Shown here: positions 43,772 to 51,056 of the stretch, one piece after another
Numbering within the stretch: position 1 is the first letter of the stretch
Layout of the letters: every line of letters begins with the position of its first letter
Assembly: GCA_030626475.1 (NCBI GenBank)
Contig: DAOUOW010000003.1
Location: forward strand, 1-51,056
From: Chloroflexota bacterium
Lineage (GTDB): Bacteria > Chloroflexota > Dehalococcoidia > E44-bin15
Direction of reading: 5' to 3'
DNA: 51,056 nt
Notes under the pieces: generated by a model
Told to the model about the DNA's origin: nothing
The model's input: the letters and a program-made list of their open reading frames with translations, nothing else
The model's database searches: none
Position numbers and translations under genes: made by a program

Positions 43772-45417
43772 CGATCCCTTTCATACGCGATTCTGCCCAA
43801 CCGCATATATTTGTTGGCAGCTTCGTTTGTCGTAAAGCCCATGTTCAGACGATACTGACCCGCCGCCGGCAAATTGTCGGTATGGGTTACTTTCAGCACA
43901 CCATCTACGTAGAACTTAACGTTGGTCCCCTGGGTCACCACCGCTCTAAGCACTGTATGCTGACTGCCTGACGATATATTGACCCCTGTGTCGGTGATCT
44001 TCTGGGTAGTGTCGTCTCCATTGCTGGCGTAGAGGTCGCCGTTCACGATCTTAAACCCAAAATGGTTATCCGTTTCCGTAGGAGGCGCGTTAGTGTTCTG
44101 ACACTGATGGAGGTAGGTGGTCTGATTTGCAACGCTGATGGTGAAGCTATAAAGCAGCCACTCCACAGTGGTAACTTTCCCTGTCTCCACTAACCTGTAA
44201 ATATCACATTTGGCATACAGGTATGCTTTGTTCCCTGAGACGTTGCCAGTCTTTAAGTAGATATTGTGGCCATCAGCACTTATGGAACCGCCTGTGTCGA
44301 TAGTGCTCGTAAAGCCGTCCTTGCTCACCCAGCACAGGATTTCTCTGAACTTATCGAAGAAATCAAAAGAGCCACCGCCATCAACGTCTGCCCAAACTGG
44401 GTTCGCTCCGGCACCCTGGGTCTTGAGGAACTGACCAGAGGTACCAGCGCCAAGCCTTGTCGGCCCGGCGGCATCCCTGATTAAGATATCGCCCTGGGTG
44501 GTGAGGACACCACCAAGCCTGGCGGCGGGGAGATTTCCCGTGGTGAGTTCCGAGGCATCTACGGTCTTTTCATGGTGGTCGGACGCTCCGATCCCGGTCA
44601 GGCTTGAGTGAGCCCGCTCCGTCAGGTTTGCCAGAGCATCGTGGGGAACAACGGTGCCCAGGGGGTGGCGCTCAGTGGTATCGTGCCGAGAGGTATTGAG
44701 ATATTGAGTGTGGTCATCATCCCCCAGGCCGTCCAGCGCCAGCCCATGATCCAGCTTGCCTCCAGTCCCACCTCCAGATGATTGGTGGGTATGGTCTTTC
44801 GGCTTCTGGAGATCGGCAAGCTCACCGCTCAACCCCTCCACGCTGATCTCATCAGCACCGCCGTCCTGGTGGCTTGCGGCGTGTGCCTTAGGGTCATGGT
44901 CCTGGACTTGCGCCTTTGTCGCGCCCTCCAACTTCTCGGAGTTGTCCACAATGCCGTCATCATCGGTATCATAGACGGATTTGAGCATGTCTCCGCCACC
45001 AGCCGGGGTTTTCGGCTTCCACTTGCTGGTAGTCTGCTCCCATGTCACCACCTGCCCATCGGCAGGTGCGCCGCTATCGAGGTCTCTTCCCTGGAGCTTC
45101 ACCGCATCATGTTCGAGATCGGTGATCTCACTTTCAGTATGCGTATGAGCTTTAGGGTCATGGTTCTGGACTTGCGCCTTTGTGCTCCCCTCCAGCTTCT
45201 CGGAGTTGTCCACAATGCCGTCATCATCGGTATCATAGACGCTCTTGAGCATATCGCCCCCACCGCTGGGGGTGTCAAATTCCAGGGCGTTCTCCGCGGC
45301 GTGCACCTTGGCATATTTGCCCCCCTCCCCCGCATAGCTACCGGGTGTATCGGAGAGTCCCAGGAATTCGGTGACGCCGCCTTCAGCGTATCCCTCACCG
45401 GCAAGTCTTAGTGCCAT
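43768..45417 (-). CDS. Fibre protein (head or tail) with repeated His/Asp-rich shaft and C-terminal beta-sandwich
   Basis: FLGLSDTPGSYAG motif, HxH repeats, GTSGQFLKTQGAGANPVW, lectin-like tip. Confidence 0.7.
   Translation of the reverse strand: MALRLAGEGYAEGGVTEFLGLSDTPGSYAGEGGKYAKVHAAENALEFDTPSGGGDMLKSVYDTDDDGIVDNSEKLEGSTKAQVQNHDPKAHTHTESEITDLEHDAVKLQGRDLDSGAPADGQVVTWEQTTSKWKPKTPAGGGDMLKSVYDTDDDGIVDNSEKLEGATKAQVQDHDPKAHAASHQDGGADEISVEGLSGELADLQKPKDHTHQSSGGGTGGKLDHGLALDGLGDDDHTQYLNTSRHDTTERHPLGTVVPHDALANLTERAHSSLTGIGASDHHEKTVDASELTTGNLPAARLGGVLTTQGDILIRDAAGPTRLGAGTSGQFLKTQGAGANPVWADVDGGGSFDFFDKFREILCWVSKDGFTSTIDTGGSISADGHNIYLKTGNVSGNKAYLYAKCDIYRLVETGKVTTVEWLLYSFTISVANQTTYLHQCQNTNAPPTETDNHFGFKIVNGDLYASNGDDTTQKITDTGVNISSGSQHTVLRAVVTQGTNVKFYVDGVLKVTHTDNLPAAGQYRLNMGFTTNEAANKYMRLGRIAYERDR
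44888..45264. repeat. Intragenic direct repeat, about 113 nt x2, offset 264 nt (44888-45000 and 45152-45264)
   Basis: Both encode GGGDMLKSVYDTDDDGIVDNSEKLEG.TKAQVQ.HDPKAH. Confidence 0.9.
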
Positions 45418-45428
45418 CTCTACCTCCT

Positions 45429-45812
45429 TTAACAGAGCACGTAGTCAGCGCTGAGGCTGAAGGATGTGCCCGAAAATTGGGTCACTTTGAGGAAGATGGT
45501 GGAGCCTCGGGCATCGGGCACCGCCAGAGCATAGCGACCGGTCTCGGTGAACTGCCGCGAAGCCCCGCCGAACCATATGGATTGGCGAGAGTTCCAGAAG
45601 ATGACCTGCACCGTAAGGCTGGTGAAATCTACGCCGTCAATGGTTAAGTCCAGGCGGCAGTATTCATAGCCACTGCAATCGATGGCGCCACTGGTATCCT
45701 CTGGGTCGGCGGCATCGACAGCGGTGACACCGCTCCGATGCAATCCCGGCTCCGTTGTCTCATAGACCGGACCCTTGGGGATCCCGTTCTCATCAATGCG
45801 TACATTTGCCAT
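45429..45812 (-). CDS. Putative capsid decoration/spike-base jelly-roll protein
   Basis: All-beta 127 aa protein right after the capsid gene. Confidence 0.45.
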   Translation of the reverse strand: MANVRIDENGIPKGPVYETTEPGLHRSGVTAVDAADPEDTSGAIDCSGYEYCRLDLTIDGVDFTSLTVQVIFWNSRQSIWFGGASRQFTETGRYALAVPDARGSTIFLKVTQFSGTSFSLSADYVLC

Positions 45813-45868
45813 AGCTCACCCCCTGTTCAGGTGGAGGGAGATAGAGCAACGCCCTACCCCCCTCCTTT

Positions 45869-46756
45869 CTAGTCGCGAACTCCAATGAGTTTCGCGAGCT
45901 TTATGGTGTTGAACGCGGCGATGGAGACGTACCACTTGACTCTGGTCCTGGAGGCGTCCCTGGTCTCAAGGCTGCCCACCCGCTCTACCTGGAGCCCTCC
46001 GGGGCTGGTGAGCCCGGCTACTGCCCCCTCGCCGAACTTAAGGGCGTAGATGGTGGAGCAGTCTTCGGAGCTGCCAACGGTGTTGTCATCTGCGATCCAA
46101 TCGCAAACCCCGATGGGGGTGGCGTCGTAAAACTCCACCATCTGCCCAAACTGGTTGCTATCGGTGACCAGAACCCCGCCTGCGGCCCGGCTCAAAGCGG
46201 TGAGCTTGCGCCTCGAGCGCCGGCTCATGAGAAGCATCTCCGGCTTGCCCCCCTTGAGCTTGTCGATGAGCTCATCGAGCTTCTCCAGGGTGAGGGTGGC
46301 TCCATTTGCGCCCATGCTCACCGTCTGGTTGACATCGCAGAGCGTATCGATGCCATCGAAGGACTTGGGATCGGATGTGGTATCGCCGTTGATGAACGTG
46401 TCCTCGAACTTCTGCTGCACCGCCTTGGCCTTGAGCTGAACGACGGCGGCCTCCAGGTCCTGGATATTGCTCCTGGTTGCCTTGAGGAAGTTGTCAACAT
46501 CGGCGTCGCCGCCCAGGATCTTGAGCGTGGCCGTCTTCTGGGTGAAGGTCGGCGTGGACTCAGCCCAGGTATCGCCAACGTCATAGAAGGCTGCGGTGGC
46601 TGCTTCGTTCTCCTGGTTGTAGGTCAGCCCATTGCCCACGATCTCGATGAACGGCATAAGCTGAAGGATGGGGCTATCATAGATGATGGTCTCGATAACC
46701 CCCACGAGCAAAATGTCGTTGGAAAGCTTTGCTGCTTCGGCTAGAGTAAGTGCCAT
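45869..46756 (-). CDS. Major capsid protein, HK97 fold
   Basis: SPILQLMPF, FINGD....SFDGI, LEKLDELID, LLMSR; 295 aa after scaffold. Confidence 0.85.
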   Translation of the reverse strand: MALTLAEAAKLSNDILLVGVIETIIYDSPILQLMPFIEIVGNGLTYNQENEAATAAFYDVGDTWAESTPTFTQKTATLKILGGDADVDNFLKATRSNIQDLEAAVVQLKAKAVQQKFEDTFINGDTTSDPKSFDGIDTLCDVNQTVSMGANGATLTLEKLDELIDKLKGGKPEMLLMSRRSRRKLTALSRAAGGVLVTDSNQFGQMVEFYDATPIGVCDWIADDNTVGSSEDCSTIYALKFGEGAVAGLTSPGGLQVERVGSLETRDASRTRVKWYVSIAAFNTIKLAKLIGVRD

Positions 46757-46812
46757 GTTTGCCTCCTTTGGTTATTTGCGTTTTTCCTTGGGTTTCTGGC
46801 CTTCCCACTGAG

Positions 46813-47283
46813 CTATGTGGTTTGTTGTGTGTGAGAAAGGGCGTAGGCGATTTTTTCCTGTGGGGAGAGCGCCCCGAGATCGGGAGGCGTCCTTGCCGGA
46901 GCCCCGGTGGGTACCCTCTCCGCTTCAGCCTGAGCCTCAAGCTGCGTCTTCACCTTCTCCACCATCTCCCGAGCGGCAGCAAAGGAGGCCTCCACCTCCT
47001 GGGGGGTCTCTCCCGTGATCAGCTCTTGGGGCACCTCGGGGGCGGTGGTGAGGATGAGGGCTCGATATTTGGCTGCGGCGCCGGATAGCTGCTCCCTGAG
47101 CGCCGTCACCTCGCTCTCAACCTCCTGCTCCCGCTCCGCCATCTGCTGCTGAAGCTGGACCAGTGTCGCCTCCAGCTCCCCGATCCGCCTCTCCTGTTCG
47201 TTTTCTGTGCCCTCGCCCCCGCCCTCGCCCTCGCCCTCGCTCTCGGCCTTCATCTCCTCGACCTCTTTGGTTTCCTCGGTCAT
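46813..47283 (-). CDS. Scaffolding protein
   Basis: Acidic coiled coil, C-terminal GAPART...LSPQEKI..AL; immediately upstream of capsid. Confidence 0.7.
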   Translation of the reverse strand: MTEETKEVEEMKAESEGEGEGGGEGTENEQERRIGELEATLVQLQQQMAEREQEVESEVTALREQLSGAAAKYRALILTTAPEVPQELITGETPQEVEASFAAAREMVEKVKTQLEAQAEAERVPTGAPARTPPDLGALSPQEKIAYALSHTQQTT

Positions 47284-47329
47284 GTTCCACCTCCTTTTTT
47301 CGCCAGAAGGGTGCAGGTGTGCTACTCTC

Positions 47330-47359
47330 TTTATAGAACATCTGTTCTCATGCTGTCAA
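47330..47359 (-). promoter_or_regulatory. Capsid-operon promoter with LexA (Cheo-type) box in the spacer
   Basis: TTGACA (47354-47359), AGAACATCTGTTCT (47335-47348), TATAAA (47330-47335). Confidence 0.75.
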
Positions 47360-47375
47360 GGGAAAGATGGCACAG

Positions 47376-47404
47376 TTGACTATTTAGAAAGGGATGGTTA
47401 TATT
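47376..47404 (+). promoter_or_regulatory. Divergent promoter for accessory genes
   Basis: TTGACT-17-TATATT. Confidence 0.6.
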
Positions 47405-47460
47405 TTGGGTGGGGAAAAGGATGCTGAAAAAGATAAAGGTTTCATGCGGGGAGGTGAGCC

Positions 47461-47913
47461 TTGACAACAGCCATGCCATTTGAGAGAGGGCCCTACCTGT
47501 TAGCGGCCTTCATTTGTGAAAAGGTATTGGAAGAAAAGGATGGGGTTAAATCGGCTATTCGCATCATCGACCGGGTAACACGCACCGTGGTAGACCCTAG
47601 TCCCCCAGAGAAGATGGAGCCTTTCGACCACGAGTTGACGCTGTTAATCAAGCTGAAGTCGGGCAACGCGCGTGGTGTTTATCCCATTCAGGTTCGCTTA
47701 GTGAAGCCGTCTGGTGAAAGCCCCACGCCCTTTGCTCAGAACGTTTTATTTGAAGGTGAGGAGGATCGGGGTGTGGACATTGTGATGAATATGAAGGTCA
47801 GATTTGACCAGACTGGTATTTACTGGTTTCATATATATCTTGGAGACGTGCGCTTAACCCAGATTCCGTTCAGGGTTAACTATGTGCCTCAGGTCAGGCA
47901 GGTACCGGGATAG
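47461..47913 (+). CDS. Hypothetical protein (DUF6941-like beta-sandwich)
   Basis: AAFICEKVLEE..GVKSAIRIIDR...FDQTGIYWF pattern; GGAGG SD. Confidence 0.6.
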   Translation: MTTAMPFERGPYLLAAFICEKVLEEKDGVKSAIRIIDRVTRTVVDPSPPEKMEPFDHELTLLIKLKSGNARGVYPIQVRLVKPSGESPTPFAQNVLFEGEEDRGVDIVMNMKVRFDQTGIYWFHIYLGDVRLTQIPFRVNYVPQVRQVPG

Positions 47914-48211
47914 TCTTATCGGAAGCTGTCGTAACAGCGGTAGCAACAGGCTCTATATCAGGAGAAGAAACCAGGATGGTATCCCTCTCGCTAATGAAAC
48001 CCTGAAGGTGCTTTTGGAGTGTTAGTTCATCTATTATGCCCTCGCCAAGTTCAACAAGGTCAGCATCTATCTCATTCGCATGGGCAATGGCTTTTTCATC
48101 GCCCGAGTCTAGGATTCTTTGAAGGTTGGACAACAGCCAGGCCTCCAAGTCTTGGAGGGTGCACTGGTCATTCAAGTAATCTCGTATATGATCTAGGAGC
48201 TCTTGATCCAT
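47894..48211 (-). CDS. Hypothetical helical protein (start ATG 48211)
   Basis: GGAGG SD 7 nt upstream; MDQELLDHIRDYL...LEAWL. Confidence 0.5.
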   Translation of the reverse strand: MDQELLDHIRDYLNDQCTLQDLEAWLLSNLQRILDSGDEKAIAHANEIDADLVELGEGIIDELTLQKHLQGFISERDTILVSSPDIEPVATAVTTASDKTIPVPA

Positions 48212-48545
48212 GACAAAACCTCCGCGGTCAGACAAGGTTAAATACGTATCCCGTAATAGTATACGTAAAATGTTCAACGAAAGTCAATATCCAGACATGA
48301 TAGCACGTGGACAGTTGGCACCGGAGCACCCCTACCTGCGCGATGACCACTTGAAGGAACCTGAAGAATATCAAGGGCCGTATTGTACACGTAGCCAAAC
48401 GATCCGCTATTATGACAGTAATGGCCAGTGGGTTGTGGTGGTTCACCAATATCTGCGCCCAGACAAGACGCTCGGGGCAAGTGGCATGCCAGACCCTAAA
48501 AGGTTGCGATTTGGAAACACAGTTTTCAGTGTTCCTCCCAAATAG
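48210..48545 (+). CDS. Hypothetical protein
   Basis: AGGAG SD; TRSQTIRYYD...VVVHQYLRPDKTLGASGMPDPKRL. Confidence 0.6.
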   Translation: MTKPPRSDKVKYVSRNSIRKMFNESQYPDMIARGQLAPEHPYLRDDHLKEPEEYQGPYCTRSQTIRYYDSNGQWVVVVHQYLRPDKTLGASGMPDPKRLRFGNTVFSVPPK

Positions 48546-48587
48546 AATCAGGCATCCCGCATTTGCCTTAGCTTGATCGATTTTCGC

Positions 48588-49889
48588 CTATGTTCCCCCC
48601 TTCTCCTCCATCCACCGCTTGAACTCGCCCTCGGGGTCGTCCACCCCCAGCTCCTCCATGGCGCGGCGGCGGCTGTGAATCCCGGCCTCAACCAGTATCT
48701 GCTCCTCCCTCACTAGCCGGCCCCGGTCCTGGGGCAAGACCGGACCCCAGATTATCCGCGAGCGGTAGGGGCTGTAGCCCACGCCGGTCTTCTGCTCCAG
48801 GATGCGCAGGATCATCTCGTTTCGCTTCTTATAGACGGCGGTGCGGATGAGCCGCTTTCGCCTCACCTTCTGCAGCAGGGGGTGAAGCTCCATCTCCAGC
48901 GCTACCCCTGATAGACCCCTCTGGTTATCGCCAAAGCTGGTTCGCGGCGACTCCGACAGGTCGTGGAGGGTGCGATAGATGAGGTCGATGTAGTCCACGT
49001 GGAGCCTTACTCCGCCGCCCTGGAGCAAATCCAGCAGATAAGCCCTCGCCTTCTCCGGAAGCTCCCATACCGCCCCAGGTTGGACCGCGATGTCGGAAGC
49101 CTCCTCCACATTTTCCAGGACGGCGATGGGATTGCCCGAGAGCTCGAGGATGGTGGAGAGCTGGGACATGGCGCGGTTGAGCTCCTGCGCTGGCTCCTTT
49201 ATCGCCGTGATGTCGGAGACGCCCCAGAACTTCTTCGGCTCGCGCAGGTTGGGGTAGATGATGAACGGGATGAAGCCGTAGGGATTGGGTTTTCGCCTGA
49301 GGAGGTCGTTATCGATCCAGAGCTCGAAATCGCGGGCGGTCCACACCTCTACCACCGTCGATTCCTTCTTCCGGTTTTTCACCCCGTAGAGGAACTCCAC
49401 CTCGTCGGCGGAGAGCTGGTAGCGGCTGGCGACCCGCCATACCCGGCTCACATCGTCGCCCACCCACCAGGCAAAAAGCCCCTGGACATCGGGCGCCGAT
49501 ACCCTGATCCGCTGTTCCTCGCTGTCCCAGGTTACCTTGAAGCAGCCATCGCCGAGGATGGCGGTATCGAGCTCGGTATCGAAGTCCAGTTGCTCCAGGT
49601 TATTGCCCCCGTAAACCTGATTTAGCGCCTCCTCCGCTCTCCTCGCCCTCTCCTTGGCCTCGGTGGAATCATCAACCGGATCAACGACGAAGTTGAGCCC
49701 GCTTATCAAATAGGAGGTCGCCTTTTCCACGAACGCCTTGGCGTAGTTGATGGTGATGCGCCGCTCCCCCCGTCTTCGATTCCCCAGCCACTGCATTCCG
49801 TTATAGAACTCCAGATTCTCGCGATAGGCCCTGATGCGCTGAAAGTCCTTGCGCCCGAGCTGCTGTGGAAGAGAAATATTATTCGTCAT
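48588..49889 (-). CDS. Phage portal protein (SPP1 gp6-like)
   Basis: INYAKAFVEK, AILGDG, WGVSDI, SGVAL; between terminase and scaffold. Confidence 0.85.
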   Translation of the reverse strand: MTNNISLPQQLGRKDFQRIRAYRENLEFYNGMQWLGNRRRGERRITINYAKAFVEKATSYLISGLNFVVDPVDDSTEAKERARRAEEALNQVYGGNNLEQLDFDTELDTAILGDGCFKVTWDSEEQRIRVSAPDVQGLFAWWVGDDVSRVWRVASRYQLSADEVEFLYGVKNRKKESTVVEVWTARDFELWIDNDLLRRKPNPYGFIPFIIYPNLREPKKFWGVSDITAIKEPAQELNRAMSQLSTILELSGNPIAVLENVEEASDIAVQPGAVWELPEKARAYLLDLLQGGGVRLHVDYIDLIYRTLHDLSESPRTSFGDNQRGLSGVALEMELHPLLQKVRRKRLIRTAVYKKRNEMILRILEQKTGVGYSPYRSRIIWGPVLPQDRGRLVREEQILVEAGIHSRRRAMEELGVDDPEGEFKRWMEEKGGT

Positions 49890-50142
49890 GGTTCCTCCCG
49901 ATAATGCGATAAACAGTCCTTTTGCTCACGCCGAAGCGCTGCGCTAGGTTTTCGACCTTTAGCCCTTCCTTCTGGTGGAGGTGTACTATCTCCTTATTTC
50001 TCAAGTCCTTGGCTGTTTGCCTCCTCCCTGGCTCATCGTAGCGACACCGGGGAAGGGGACAGTTGAGGCACGAAGCAAATAGATCGCAGCCATCGTCCCG
50101 ATACCCTAAGTGCTCAGGAAGCAACTCGTGCTTCGATTTCAT
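49879..50142 (-). CDS. Cys-cluster plus helix-turn-helix protein
   Basis: C-x5-C-x2-C-x4-C then LAQRFGVSKRTVYRII HTH. Confidence 0.75.
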   Translation of the reverse strand: MKSKHELLPEHLGYRDDGCDLFASCLNCPLPRCRYDEPGRRQTAKDLRNKEIVHLHQKEGLKVENLAQRFGVSKRTVYRIIGRNHDE

Positions 50143-51056
50143 TTGTCCCCTCCCAAGCGACCTTTTGCGCTCCGGGGCCGGTATTCTGCCGCCTCGATGA
50201 GCAGGGCCAGGCTCATCAGGAAGTCATCGTGCCCCTGGTGGGGGTCAACATAGAAGTTCATCGTCTGGCTGGGGCGAAAGACGCTCTTTGCCCTTTCCAG
50301 CTCAAACCAGAACTCCTGACATTCCTCCGAGCCGTCGGCGGCATACATCTTCGCCCTTCCCGAATTTACTGCCGCCAGCAGATTGAACCCCAGCCTGGAT
50401 TTGCTTTGCTGGGTGAAGGGGAAAGGCGCAACCACCGCTTTGCCCAGGGCTTTGGTCAGGAAGCTGGCTACCCCGGCGCCGACCCCGGTGCTATCCACCA
50501 CCACACGCCGGCAGCGCCAAACGTTCTTCAAGACGTCCACCAGCTGGGGGTAGAGGGAGGCATGGGGTTTGCCCGTCCACCAGTAGTGCTCCACTATGTT
50601 TACCCTGGGTTGTTGGATGATCTCGTTATAGGTCGAAAAATCCAGCTCCCCGATGGTCACCACTGTGGAATCCTGCCTCGGTTTCAGGGCGCGAAGCATG
50701 GCATCCTCCCCCTCCTCCGCCTCCCCGGCGAGGTCAATCCCGGCAACGTAGACCTTTCCCTCCTCGGGAAGATGGCGGCGGCCATGAGCACCTTGAAGTT
50801 GCGCCTGCTGCTGAGGGCTGAGGAAGCCACCGCCGCCGTGGATCGGCTTCAAGCAATATTGGGTCTGAAACAGGGGATGGCTCTCCCCCAGCCTCTCTCT
50901 TTCGCCCTCTACGTAGCGAAGATAGTGAGGATTGTATTGTGCTACTTCTTGCCAATCAAAATGGAAATGGCGCTTTATTCCATCCCTGCGCTCCAGTTCC
51001 AGGTTGGTCTGCTTCACCTCCTCGAGGAGGGTGGCATCGTCCCAGGTGGTGCCGTA
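50139..51056 (-). CDS. Terminase large subunit, C-terminal nuclease part (5' end outside window)
   Basis: FQTQY, YVAGIDLAG, VVVDSTGVG, HDDFLMSLAL RNase H-type motifs; frame open to the window edge. Confidence 0.85.
   Translation of the reverse strand, partial: YGTTWDDATLLEEVKQTNLELERRDGIKRHFHFDWQEVAQYNPHYLRYVEGERERLGESHPLFQTQYCLKPIHGGGGFLSPQQQAQLQGAHGRRHLPEEGKVYVAGIDLAGEAEEGEDAMLRALKPRQDSTVVTIGELDFSTYNEIIQQPRVNIVEHYWWTGKPHASLYPQLVDVLKNVWRCRRVVVDSTGVGAGVASFLTKALGKAVVAPFPFTQQSKSRLGFNLLAAVNSGRAKMYAADGSEECQEFWFELERAKSVFRPSQTMNFYVDPHQGHDDFLMSLALLIEAAEYRPRSAKGRLGGDK

Larger units (their letters stand above)
40182..51056 (-). mobile_element. Phage-derived head/short-tail gene cluster (prophage remnant or GTA-like element), continues off the right edge
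   Basis: Co-oriented terminase, portal, scaffold, capsid, fibre, adaptor, hub genes; no integrase, lysis or tape-measure gene visible. Confidence 0.8.

Noticed and set aside
47214-47246. CCCTCG hexamer repeats
   Set aside because: Ordinary EG/GG low-complexity linker in the scaffold protein

Overview
Core chromosomal region around the replication origin of a ~60% GC bacterium, most likely Dehalococcoidia (Chloroflexota); this is inferred from the dnaA-oriC-obgE-nadD-gyrB order and protein resemblance. Housekeeping genes run thrC-hom-PPIase, rpsF-ssb-rpsR, glyA, comF/thpR, split transketolase, proBA, mfd, trpB2, T-box-controlled ileS, rpmH-rnpA-yidD-(PQQ propeller)-yidC-jag, rplY, fmt. Two accessory zones stand out. 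(1) mfd is flanked by a Schlafen/AlbA_2 + Ig-like gene and by a standalone UG/Abi-type reverse transcriptase. The RT heads a roughly 3 kb array in which short cargo genes alternate with a repeated 50-80 bp junction and a triplicated sigma70 promoter, with no integrase. (2) From 40.2 kb to the right edge lies a host-like, integrase-less head/short-tail gene cluster (terminase, portal, scaffold, HK97-fold capsid, fibre, adaptor, nozzle/hub). It abuts the gyrB promoter, and its capsid operon promoter carries a perfect Chloroflexi/Gram-positive-type LexA box, making it a candidate domesticated SOS-controlled GTA-like system. Also seen: a homopolymer frameshift in ssb, an unassigned attenuator before glyA, a low-GC editing-domain patch in ileS, and an unannotated 48-aa membrane peptide. 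All family calls are from motif recognition only; no searches were run.
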